Source: Edaphobacter aggregans (lineage in GTDB: Bacteria > Acidobacteriota > Terriglobia > Terriglobales > Acidobacteriaceae). Taken from it: 32,000 nucleotides of DNA. A program made the position numbers and the translations under genes. Shown here one piece after another: positions 16,359-24,357 of the stretch (position 1 is the first letter of the stretch; each line of letters starts with the position of its first letter). Location: assembly GCF_003945235.1 (NCBI RefSeq), contig NZ_RSDW01000001.1:4380001-4412000 (forward strand), in the 5' to 3' direction. The notes below the pieces were generated by a model. The model saw only the letters and a list, made by a program, of their open reading frames with translations, ran no database searches and was not told the origin of the DNA.

Positions 16359-19142
16359 ATGGCCGACGCTGAACAGGTTCGTTTACAGGAGAGCAAGGAT
16401 GGGGTGAAGGCGTGGAAGCAGTGGGGTCCATACCTTAGCGAGCGACAGTGGGGGACTGTCCGGGAAGACTATAGTCCGGGTGGGGATGCGTGGAATTACT
16501 TTACGCATGATCAGGCACGGTCACGAGCTTACAAGTGGGGTGAGGATGGGATCGCAGGGATCTCGGATAACAAGCAACATATTTGTTTTGCGCTGGCGAT
16601 GTGGAATGGGGTCGATCCGATTCTGAAGGAGCGGCTGTTTGGGCTGACGAATTCGGAGGGCAATCACGGCGAGGATGTAAAGGAGTACTACTTCTATCTG
16701 GACAGCACGCCGACGCACTCGTACATGAAGTATTTGTACAAGTATCCACAGGGTGCATACCCATACGAAGATCTTGTGGAGACGAATCACAAGCGCACGC
16801 GGCTGCAGCCGGAGTATGAGCTGATCGACACGGGGGTGTTCGATAGGGATGAGTACTTCGATGTGTTTGTGGAGTATGCGAAGGCCGATGTCGACGACAT
16901 CCTGGTGAAGATTACGGTGGCGAATCGCGGGCCGCAGGTGGCAACGCTGCATCTGTTGCCGACGGTGTGGTTTCGGAATACGTGGTTTCGGGATCGCGAT
17001 GCGAAGGTGCCGGAGCTGCGTGCGGTGAAGACTAAGGGCAAGAACAACGCTTCGGTGATTGCTGCGCAACATGAGACGATGGGGCAGTTTTTTCTGTATT
17101 GCGAGGGCGGGGTTCCGCTGCTGTTTACGAACAATGAGACGAATGAGCACAGAGTTTGCGGCGGGACGAATGCTTCGCCTTATGTGAAGGACGGTTTCCA
17201 CGAGTTCGTTGTGCACGGGAATACGGACGCGGTGAATCCTGAGGGTGCGGGGACGAAGGCTGCGGCGCACTATCAGGTAACGGTGGGGCCTCGTGAGAGC
17301 ACAGAGGTGCGGGTGCGGCTGACGCGGGCCGATGCGTTGAAGGGTGGAGGATGTGGTTCGGACTTTGATGCGGTCTTCACGGATCGGTTGAAGGAAGCCG
17401 ATGAGTTCTATGCGTCGGTGATGCAGGTTTGCACGACCGAGGATGATCGGAGGATCGTGCGGCAGGCACTGGCCGGGATGCTTTGGTCGAAGCAGTTCTA
17501 TTACTTCGACCTGGATATCTGGCTGAGAGAGCATGGATATAACGCGACAGGCATGAAGCGCGCGCAGACGATGCGCAATGCGCCGTGGTTCCACATGCTG
17601 AATGAAGATGTGATCTCGATGCCGGATAAGTGGGAGTATCCGTGGTATGCGGCATGGGACCTGGCGTTTCATACGGTGGCTCTGTCGATGGTGGATCTGG
17701 ACTTTGCGAAGGAACAGCTGCGGCTGATGGTCAGCGAGTCGTATCTGCATCCGAATGGGCAGCTTCCTGCGTATGAGTGGAATTTCGGCGACGTGAATCC
17801 GCCGGTGCATGCATGGGCGACGTTGTATGTGTACCTGACGGAGAAGAGTATCCGGAAGGCGGGAGACGTCGACTTTCTGAAAGAGTGTTTCCGGAAGCTG
17901 CTGCTGAACTTTACGTGGTGGGTGAACCGGAAGGACCGCTCGGGAAAGAACGTCTTTGAGGGAGGGTTCCTGGGGTTGGACAATATTGGAGTGTTCGACC
18001 GGAGTGCGGCGCTGCCGGAGGGAGGGTTTCTGGAGCAGGCCGATGGGACGGCATGGATGGCGATGTTCTGCCAGAGCATGTTTAGCATTTCGCTGGAACT
18101 GCTCGCGCAGGATCCGGGCTATGAGCAGATTGCGGACAAGTTTCTTGAGCACTTTTTGTGGATCGCGGGGGCGATGGACCCGGCGGGCGACTCCGAGAAT
18201 GAACTTTGGGATGAGGAGGATGGTTTCTTCTACGACGTGCTGAACATGCCGGGCGGGAAGGCATGCCGGTTGAAGCTGAAATCGCTGGTAGGGTTGCTGC
18301 CGCTGTGCGCGGTGTCGATCATTCCGCCGGAGATGATAGAGAAGTATCCGAAGCTGATGAAGCGGGTGCGGAACTTTTTTGAACGGAGGCCGGAGCTGGC
18401 GGCGAATCTGCACGATCCGGAGGTGGAGGGGGAGAATGGGCGGCGGCTGCTGTCGGTGCTCGACCGGGACCACTTGAAGCTGGTGTTGTCGCGGATGCTC
18501 GATGAGAAGCAGTTCTTCGGGACACACGGAATCAGATCGATCTCGCGGGAGCACCTGAACAAGCCGTATGAGTTCGATATGAATGGGCAGAAGTATACGG
18601 TGCAGTACGAGCCGGCGGAGTCTTCGACGGGGTTGTTCGGTGGGAATTCAAACTGGAGGGGGCCCGTGTGGATGCCGGTAAATGGGCTGATCCTGAAGGC
18701 ACTGCTGCTGCTGTATCAGTACTACGGGGACACGTTCAAGATAGAGTGCCCGACTGGCTCGGGAGTGGAGAAAAATCTGTTTGAGGTCGCGAATGATTTG
18801 TCCGACCGGTTGGCTACGATCTTTCGCGAAGACAAGGATGGAAGGCGACCGGTTTATGGAGATACGGAGAAGTTCCAGACGGACCCGTACTGGCACGATC
18901 ATCTGCTGTTTTATGAGTACTTCCATGGTGACAATGGTGCAGGGATTGGGGCGAGTCACCAGACGGGATGGACGGGGCTGGTGGCGCGGTTTATCCATCT
19001 GTTCAACAGCGTGAAGGCGGACGACCTGATGAAGGAGGGCTTGGCTTCGCTGATCCGGTTGAGGCCGTTGGCTGGCGCTGAGGCGCATGTCGCTGGTGAG
19101 GGTGGGCCGGTGACAAGGGAGCCTGCCACGGTAAGTAAGTAA
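16359..19142 (+). CDS. GH63-like (MGH1/glucosidase-type) glycoside hydrolase, 927 aa
   Basis: The N-terminus WKQWGPYLSERQWGTVREDYSPGGDAWNYFTHDQARSRAYKWGEDGIAGISD and LFGLTNSEGNHGEDVKEYYFYLDSTPTHSYMKYLYKYPQ match the widespread ~900-aa bacterial 'glucosidase' family related to GH63, recalled from memory. GAGGTG lies just upstream of the ATG. Confidence 0.8.
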   Translation: MADAEQVRLQESKDGVKAWKQWGPYLSERQWGTVREDYSPGGDAWNYFTHDQARSRAYKWGEDGIAGISDNKQHICFALAMWNGVDPILKERLFGLTNSEGNHGEDVKEYYFYLDSTPTHSYMKYLYKYPQGAYPYEDLVETNHKRTRLQPEYELIDTGVFDRDEYFDVFVEYAKADVDDILVKITVANRGPQVATLHLLPTVWFRNTWFRDRDAKVPELRAVKTKGKNNASVIAAQHETMGQFFLYCEGGVPLLFTNNETNEHRVCGGTNASPYVKDGFHEFVVHGNTDAVNPEGAGTKAAAHYQVTVGPRESTEVRVRLTRADALKGGGCGSDFDAVFTDRLKEADEFYASVMQVCTTEDDRRIVRQALAGMLWSKQFYYFDLDIWLREHGYNATGMKRAQTMRNAPWFHMLNEDVISMPDKWEYPWYAAWDLAFHTVALSMVDLDFAKEQLRLMVSESYLHPNGQLPAYEWNFGDVNPPVHAWATLYVYLTEKSIRKAGDVDFLKECFRKLLLNFTWWVNRKDRSGKNVFEGGFLGLDNIGVFDRSAALPEGGFLEQADGTAWMAMFCQSMFSISLELLAQDPGYEQIADKFLEHFLWIAGAMDPAGDSENELWDEEDGFFYDVLNMPGGKACRLKLKSLVGLLPLCAVSIIPPEMIEKYPKLMKRVRNFFERRPELAANLHDPEVEGENGRRLLSVLDRDHLKLVLSRMLDEKQFFGTHGIRSISREHLNKPYEFDMNGQKYTVQYEPAESSTGLFGGNSNWRGPVWMPVNGLILKALLLLYQYYGDTFKIECPTGSGVEKNLFEVANDLSDRLATIFREDKDGRRPVYGDTEKFQTDPYWHDHLLFYEYFHGDNGAGIGASHQTGWTGLVARFIHLFNSVKADDLMKEGLASLIRLRPLAGAEAHVAGEGGPVTREPATVSK

Positions 19143-19339
19143 GCAATAAGTGCAGATCGGGGATGAGTGGCCGAATGCGGGGGTGGTGTGCCTGTAATTT
19201 GACAATGGAATGACGAGGCCGAGACAACTGTCGCCTGAGGTTGGCGTAGTGTGGAGTCGTCCGATCAGGGTGACCGCTTCGCTTGGAACGCGGGGTTGCC
19301 GGGAATATGCAGAGGAAGGACAAAGGTTTATTTGGCGAT

Positions 19340-19378
19340 GGGGAAAGTCTCCCAGGTCGACTTTCCCCGTCTTTTTTT
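19340..19378 (+). terminator. Strong rho-independent terminator
   Basis: GGGGAAAGTC (19340-19349) pairs perfectly with GACTTTCCCC (19359-19368) around a 9-nt loop. It is followed by GTC plus T7 (19372-19378). Confidence 0.75.
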
Positions 19379-19448
19379 GCGCTATCGGTACTACGGGCAA
19401 AAACAAAAAGTACTGGGTTAAAGATTTCCTGGTTTCGGCGCAGATGTT

Positions 19449-21482
19449 TTATTCGGGAGGATCGAGGCTGCACTTAAGTCTTGAGACGAGATCAAGGAGG
19501 TCCTGTTTTTCGCGCTTGGCTTCGTTGATGTCCTGGATGGCGAGGACACCGCCAGCTACTTCACCGTTTTGCCCGCGAACGGGTGCGGCGGTGGCGCTGA
19601 GCCAGGTGCGGGAGCCGTCGTGGGATTGGTAGAGGAATTCTTCGGCGCTCGTCGTCTCGCCTTGCAGGATGGCGCGGGCGAGGGGGTACTCGCCGGGTTT
19701 GAGCTCGTGGCCATCGGAATTGATGGATCCTGGCCGGCGGTGGGAATCGATCATCTGGTGCGGGATGACGGGGTGGCGGAGGATTCTTTCGGCTTGGGGA
19801 TTGCCCATAAGAATGCGGCCGGTGGGAGCCTCGGTGATGATGATGCCGACGGGGACGGCATCGAAGATGGCCTGGAGGCGAGCTTCACTACGGCGCAGGG
19901 CCTCCTCGACGCGCTTGCGGTCTTCGATGTCTTCGACGGAGCCGTACCAGCGGATGATCTCGCCGATTGCATTGCGGCGCGGAGCTGCACGGGCGCGCAT
20001 CCAACGCCAGGAGCCGTCGCGACGACGGGTGCGATACTCGACGTCGACTGGCTGGCCGGTGCGGAGGGAGACGCTCCAGGTGGCGAGGGTGTGCTGGATG
20101 TCGTCGGGGTGGAGGACTTTGATCCAGCCGTCACCGAGAGTTTCTTCGCGGGAAAGGCCAGTGAGCTCCTGCCAACGGTGGCTGACGTCGAGGACCATGC
20201 CTTTGGAGTCAGCGGTCCAAGGGACCTGGGGGTTGAGCTCGACGGTGTGACGGTAATGGTCTTCGCTTTCGGCGAGAGCTTGTTCGACGCGCTTGCGGGC
20301 GGTGATGTCGACGACGGCGACGGAGATGCCGATGACCTCTTCGGCCTCGTCACGAGCGGGTTGATAGGAGACGAGGCGCGTACAGTGTCTGCCGGGTTGG
20401 TGGGGATCGGGGCCGGTGAGTTCGAGCTCGGTGATGACTTCGCCGTCGAGGGCGCGCCGGAGGTAGGGCTCGAGACGAGCGGCGAGGCCGGGGAGGACCT
20501 CGGAGACAGTGCGGCCAAGATGGCTAGCGACGGGGATGTTGTTCATCTCGGCCAGACGCTTGTTGACGCTGACGTAGCGGAGGTTGCGGTCGAGGAAGCA
20601 CAGGCCGACGGGGGCACCGTCGTAGATGGCGTGGAGCTGAGCGAGGCGGTGGGTTGGAAGGGCCTCGAGGCGCAGGGGCATGGTGGCGTCTGCGGGGGTG
20701 GATGGAAGATCGGGCGCGGGGGACGGCATTCTTTGGGCGAGGGTCGCGGGGAGGTCTTCAGCGGGGGCGGCGCGTCCGTAGAGATAGCCCTGGCCGATGT
20801 CGCAGCCGAGCCAGAGGAGCATGTCGGCGTGGTTCTGGTCTTCGATGCCTTCGGCTACGGTGAGCAGGCCGAGACTGTTGCCGAGGCCGATGATGGCGGC
20901 GGCGATCTTGCGGCTCTCACGGGTGAAGGTCATGGAACGGACAAAGCTGGCGTCGACCTTGATTTCGTCGAAGGGGAGGGCCTGGAGCTGGCGGAGGCTG
21001 GAATAGCCGATGCCGAAGTCGTCGAGGGCGAGGCGAGAGCCTTGTTCCTTGAGCTCGTGGGCGATGAGGTAGGCGAGTTCGGGGTTGCCGAGGAGTGCGC
21101 TTTCGGTGATTTCGAGGATGAGGCGGTCAAGAGGGAAGTTACTTTGCTGGGCGGCGTTGCGGATGTGGTGGGGCAGGGTGCGGTCGGTGAGTTGGGTGAG
21201 GGAGATGTTGGCTGCGAGGGTGAGGTGCGGTGGGATGACAGCGGCCGCGGCGAAGGCGGAGCGGAGGAGGTTGCCGGTGAGCTGGCCGATGAGGTCGGTC
21301 TGCTCGGCGAGGGGGATGAACTCGTCGGGGTGGATGATGCCGCGTTGAGGATGCCGCCAGCGGGCGAGGATTTCGAAGCCGGTGAGCTTGCCGGTGCGCA
21401 ACTCGACCATGGGCTGGAAGTAGGGGATGATCTCGTTGGCGTCGAGGGCGCGGCGGAGGTCGAATTGTTTTTCGTCAGCCAT
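19449..21482 (-). CDS. c-di-GMP phosphodiesterase: N-terminal EAL domain followed by three PAS/PAC domains
   Basis: EAL-domain signatures are intact: FEILARW, AANISL, LILEITES, LDDFGIGYSSL, IKVDASF, AEGIED, GQGYLYG. They are followed by three PAS/PAC units (e.g. SWRWMRARAAPRRNAIGEIIRWYGSVEDIEDRK). No GGDEF domain is present. Confidence 0.9.
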   Translation of the reverse strand: MADEKQFDLRRALDANEIIPYFQPMVELRTGKLTGFEILARWRHPQRGIIHPDEFIPLAEQTDLIGQLTGNLLRSAFAAAAVIPPHLTLAANISLTQLTDRTLPHHIRNAAQQSNFPLDRLILEITESALLGNPELAYLIAHELKEQGSRLALDDFGIGYSSLRQLQALPFDEIKVDASFVRSMTFTRESRKIAAAIIGLGNSLGLLTVAEGIEDQNHADMLLWLGCDIGQGYLYGRAAPAEDLPATLAQRMPSPAPDLPSTPADATMPLRLEALPTHRLAQLHAIYDGAPVGLCFLDRNLRYVSVNKRLAEMNNIPVASHLGRTVSEVLPGLAARLEPYLRRALDGEVITELELTGPDPHQPGRHCTRLVSYQPARDEAEEVIGISVAVVDITARKRVEQALAESEDHYRHTVELNPQVPWTADSKGMVLDVSHRWQELTGLSREETLGDGWIKVLHPDDIQHTLATWSVSLRTGQPVDVEYRTRRRDGSWRWMRARAAPRRNAIGEIIRWYGSVEDIEDRKRVEEALRRSEARLQAIFDAVPVGIIITEAPTGRILMGNPQAERILRHPVIPHQMIDSHRRPGSINSDGHELKPGEYPLARAILQGETTSAEEFLYQSHDGSRTWLSATAAPVRGQNGEVAGGVLAIQDINEAKREKQDLLDLVSRLKCSLDPPE

Positions 21483-21643
21483 CGTCGTCAGTCACCGGAC
21501 TTCTATCGCTGTCAGGGGAATCTTACGCCGTGGGGCGAGGTTTTCGGAGTGGATTAGTCGGGTTTAATACGTTAAAGTGGGCGAAATTGGGATTGTGCTA
21601 TAGTTTCGCTCACTTTCAGGCCAACGATTCCGTTGGAGGTGCG

Positions 21644-22597
21644 ATGGCGGATCTTCGCGTTCAGGGGCCGGGGCCGGTGCGGCGTGGCTTCGGGCTGGTT
21701 GCGGCGATGGTGGCGATGTTCGCGGTGCCCATGGCGGTGACGCTGCATACGGTGCGGGTGTCGGCAGTGGTGGATGTGGCGGCAGAGCCGAATCCTTCGC
21801 CGTTTGGATATACGGTGAGCCTGCTGCTGTTTGTGGTTCCGATTGTGGCGATCGCATTCTGGTTTGTGCCGCTGGACGGGGTGAAAATCTCGAAGAAGGC
21901 GTTCTGGTGGACGATTGGACTGCTGTTTCCGCTGGGGGCGGCGCTGGATTTTTTCTTTGCGCACCTGTTTCTGACGTTCCCGAACCCGAAGGCTACGCTG
22001 GGGGTGAAGGCTCCGGCGCTGGGCGGCGGGGTTCCGGTGGAGGAGTATTTGTTTTATTTTTTGGGGTTTGTTGCGATTTTGCTGGTGTATATCTGGCTGG
22101 ATGAGTATTGGCTTAGTGCGTATACAGTTCCGGGAGAGGAGCGGGTGAACTTTACGAAGCTGCTGAGGTTTCATCCGCAGTCGGTGGCGCTGGGGGTGGT
22201 TTTGGTGGGGGCGGCGGTCTTTTATAAGTGGGTGATTGCGCGGGAGGCTGGGTTTCCGGGGTACTTTACGTTTCTTGTAGCTGGGGCACTGGTGCCTTCA
22301 GCGGCTTTGTATCCTTCGGCGCGGGCTGTGGTGAACTGGCGGGCGATGAGCTTGACGCTGTTCATCCTTGTGCTGACGAGTGCGCTTTGGGAGGCTACGC
22401 TGGCGGTGCCTTATGGGTGGTGGGGGTATCAGCCGCGACAGATGATGGGGCTGGGTGTGACGGCATGGGATGGGTTGCCTATCGAGGCGGTGACGGTGTG
22501 GCTGGCAGTTACGTTTACGACGGTGATGGTGTACGAGGTTTTGAAGCGATGGAAGGCTTCAGGGTTGTCGATGCGGGCGGCTTTGATGGGCGTTTGA
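21644..22597 (+). CDS. Polytopic membrane protein with two lycopene-cyclase-domain (CrtYc/CrtYd-like) halves
   Basis: ATG at 21644 is preceded by GGAGG (21635-21639). There are two copies of the family-typical pattern: GGVPVEEYLFYFLGF in the first half and W..Y..G...LPIEAVTVWLAVTF in the second. The protein has about 7-8 TM helices. The assignment is by motif recall, not by search. Confidence 0.55.
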   Translation: MADLRVQGPGPVRRGFGLVAAMVAMFAVPMAVTLHTVRVSAVVDVAAEPNPSPFGYTVSLLLFVVPIVAIAFWFVPLDGVKISKKAFWWTIGLLFPLGAALDFFFAHLFLTFPNPKATLGVKAPALGGGVPVEEYLFYFLGFVAILLVYIWLDEYWLSAYTVPGEERVNFTKLLRFHPQSVALGVVLVGAAVFYKWVIAREAGFPGYFTFLVAGALVPSAALYPSARAVVNWRAMSLTLFILVLTSALWEATLAVPYGWWGYQPRQMMGLGVTAWDGLPIEAVTVWLAVTFTTVMVYEVLKRWKASGLSMRAALMGV

Positions 22598-22654
22598 GAG
22601 CTCGAAGTAATGGCGTTCCCATTTCTCCTGCAAATTTGAGGTGGGTGGGCAACT

Positions 22655-22714
22655 GCAGGTCCTTCGACTACGCCTATGGCGATAAAACCGCCATAGGCTT
22701 CGCTCAGGATGACA
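22655..22714 (+). repeat. Intergenic repeat family, copy C (variant with a 10-bp perfect hairpin)
   Basis: GGCTTCGCTCAGG-ATGACA (22696-22714) matches copies A and B apart from a 14-nt deletion. It is preceded by the hairpin GCCTATGGCG-ataaaac-CGCCATAGGC (22672-22698) and by TGCAGGTC, which is also found next to copy A. Confidence 0.75.
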
Positions 22715-22765
22715 CCTTCAAACTAAGAATCAAACACCTTCGCTGGGTCTGCGTATCGATACGCT

Positions 22766-23635
22766 TTAGTTGGCAGGGTGTTTTTCGAGTTCGCAGGCTT
22801 GTTGGGAGTATGTGGATTGGGTCTGGCTGCAGACGGCTTGGAGGAGCGTGGAGGCCTCGGGGGAGTGGGCGGCTACGGAGGCCAGGGCGTGGTACCAGGC
22901 GGCGGCGTCCTTTTGCGGAGAGTGGTTTTGCTGTGCGAGGGTGTCGGCGCGGTTTAGGGTGGTCAGGGCGTGGGCGTTGTCCTGCTGGAGGAGCTGGGTC
23001 ACGCCGAGGTAGAGGAAGGGGAGTTCGGCGCGGGGGAATTGATCGGCGAGTTGCGTGAAGCGCTGGGTGGCCAGAGGGTAATCGTCTTTAGCGTAGGCTT
23101 CGAAGGCGGGAGACAGCTGGTCGGCGGTGGGTTGCTGGGTGGAGGCTTCGCCACGGAGTACGAGGCCGGGGGCCATGCCGATGGGAAGGGCGAGTTTGGC
23201 GATCTGGAGGCGGGGGGTGAGTGGCTGCGGCGTTGGAGTCTGGGTGGTGGCCAGGTTGGTTTGGTTTACCTGGGGTTGGCGGAGGTAGAGGAAGGCTCCG
23301 GCGATGGCGAGGAAACATGCGGCGGCTGCGGCGGCGTACCATCGCCAGCCTGCGGGGGTAGTGGTCGAAACGTGGGGAAGCTTGCGGAGGATACGGTCGC
23401 GTTCCTGGGTGGTGATGGCGGGTTGGGGGATGTGCTCGAGGTCGGTGAGCAACATGCGGCAGAGGGGGCATTGCTCGATATGGCGGTTGATGTCGGAGGC
23501 GAGAGTTGCGGGCAGCACCTCTTCCTGATGGGCGCGGAGGAGTGCGAGCGGCGGACAGTGCTGAGTTGGCCGGAGGCTGGAGGGGAGAGACTCATCCAGT
23601 TCGGAGGTTGTGGTTTGGGGAGGATGGTCAGGCAT
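22766..23635 (-). CDS. Zinc-binding (HxxxCxxC) transmembrane anti-sigma factor with a periplasmic helical/TPR-like domain
   Basis: The start ATG at 23633-23635 overlaps the sigma stop by 8 nt (ATGCCTGA). The ZAS motif HIEQCPLC is encoded at 23459-23482. There is a single TM helix (WRWYAAAAAACFLAIAGAFLYL) and a ~165-aa C-terminal extracytoplasmic domain. The ORF-track extension to 23947 lies inside the sigma gene and was rejected. Confidence 0.8.
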   Translation of the reverse strand: MPDHPPQTTTSELDESLPSSLRPTQHCPPLALLRAHQEEVLPATLASDINRHIEQCPLCRMLLTDLEHIPQPAITTQERDRILRKLPHVSTTTPAGWRWYAAAAAACFLAIAGAFLYLRQPQVNQTNLATTQTPTPQPLTPRLQIAKLALPIGMAPGLVLRGEASTQQPTADQLSPAFEAYAKDDYPLATQRFTQLADQFPRAELPFLYLGVTQLLQQDNAHALTTLNRADTLAQQNHSPQKDAAAWYHALASVAAHSPEASTLLQAVCSQTQSTYSQQACELEKHPAN

Positions 23636-24143
23636 CGGCGGATAACTCCTGTGCGGGGGGGAGGTTGGGAGTTCGGGTGGTGAGGGTGTCTCGAAGGAGT
23701 TTGAGGGCGTACTGAAGATTGCCTTTGACCTGGAGATCGGAGAGACCGGTTTGCTGGGCGATCTCGGTGCGGGACATGCCGTGGGCGAAGCGGAGGATGA
23801 CGCAGAGGCGGTGGATGGGCTTGAGGTTTTCGCACTTGGCGAGGAGGTCTTCGAGGGAATACTCAGGAGTAAAGGTCGCGGGTTCCGTGGCGTCTTCGAG
23901 GGACCAGCGCTCTTCGAGGTACCAGCGGCGCCAGTAGTCGGCGGCACGGCGTTTGGCCACGGTGAAGAGCCAAGCCGGGAGCTGCTCGGCGGAGAGGCTG
24001 GCTGCGTTTTGGTAGAAGGTGAGGAACACTTCGCTGGTGATCTCCTCGGCGATCTCTCTGCGGCTGACGGAGCGCAGGGTTACGCGGAAGACGGCATCGA
24101 CGTGCTGGCGGTAGATGCCGTTGAATTCGTCTATCGAGATCAT
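23628..24143 (-). CDS. ECF (sigma-70 family group 4) RNA polymerase sigma factor
   Basis: 171 aa. Region 2 (AEEITSEVFLTFYQNAASL...LPAWLFTVAKRRAADYWRR) and the region 4 HTH (GMSRTEIAQQTGLSDLQVKGNLQYALKLL) are present. It is translationally coupled to the downstream anti-sigma gene. Confidence 0.92.
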   Translation of the reverse strand: MISIDEFNGIYRQHVDAVFRVTLRSVSRREIAEEITSEVFLTFYQNAASLSAEQLPAWLFTVAKRRAADYWRRWYLEERWSLEDATEPATFTPEYSLEDLLAKCENLKPIHRLCVILRFAHGMSRTEIAQQTGLSDLQVKGNLQYALKLLRDTLTTRTPNLPPAQELSADA

Positions 24144-24182
24144 CGTTCGGCCCGGTGAATCAGAACAAAGAAATTTTGAGAC

Positions 24183-24214
24183 GCAGCAACTCGACGCGGC
24201 GGTGGAGTTGCTGC
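24183..24214. promoter_or_regulatory. 10-bp perfect inverted repeat upstream of the ECF sigma gene
   Basis: GCAGCAACTC (24183-24192), a 12-nt loop, then GAGTTGCTGC (24205-24214), with TTTT following on the + strand. It lies 40-70 nt upstream of the sigma ATG and downstream of the CHAT stop. Its function (terminator or operator) is unresolved. Confidence 0.4.
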
Positions 24215-24275
24215 TTTTCGACTTAGCTAGAGTAGACGATTTTGGGGGGAGAGGGGAGAAGAAGCAAGAACAACC

Positions 24276-24324
24276 GCAGATCCCCCATTCGGCTTCGCTC
24301 AGGGCAGGCTCTTCGGTATGACAA
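24276..24324 (+). repeat. Intergenic repeat family, copy B
   Basis: See copy A. The flanking 10-12-nt modules AAGCAAGAAC (24262-24271) and CAAGGGCAAAGC (24346-24357) also flank copy A, but on the opposite sides. Confidence 0.85.
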
Positions 24325-24357
24325 CGAGAAAAGTAACTGCAACCACAAGGGCAAAGC

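Noticed and set aside
16521-18554. 677-aa ORF on the minus strand, fully antisense to the GH63-like gene
   Set aside because: Its composition is dominated by R/P/H/Q/L with no recognisable motif. The sense strand encodes a protein with strong family signatures throughout. Long open antisense frames are an expected by-product of GC-rich codon bias.
19143-19340. Tested by eye against SRP (4.5S) RNA and other common small RNAs because of GGAA/AGGAAGGA strings
   Set aside because: The conserved SRP helix-8 motif context is absent. I cannot assign any known family without a covariance-model search, so it is reported only as an unassigned region.
19569-21557. 662-aa ORF on the plus strand, antisense to the EAL-PAS gene
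   Set aside because: It is a G/D/E/A/V-rich low-information sequence typical of the antisense frame of high-GC genes. The opposite strand carries intact EAL and PAS signatures.
23636-23947. N-terminal extension of the anti-sigma ORF (track start 23947), and similar extensions for the regulator (28453-28632), rimP (4412-4519), guaB (4641-4706), the protease (6407-6550), DUF503 (12753-12851) and the cyclase-domain gene (21530-21643)
   Set aside because: The extensions overlap the upstream gene, start at non-ATG codons, or cross a terminator or promoter. They lack family-like sequence. The internal ATGs give canonical N-termini, and for 6551 and 21644 a GGAGG Shine-Dalgarno.
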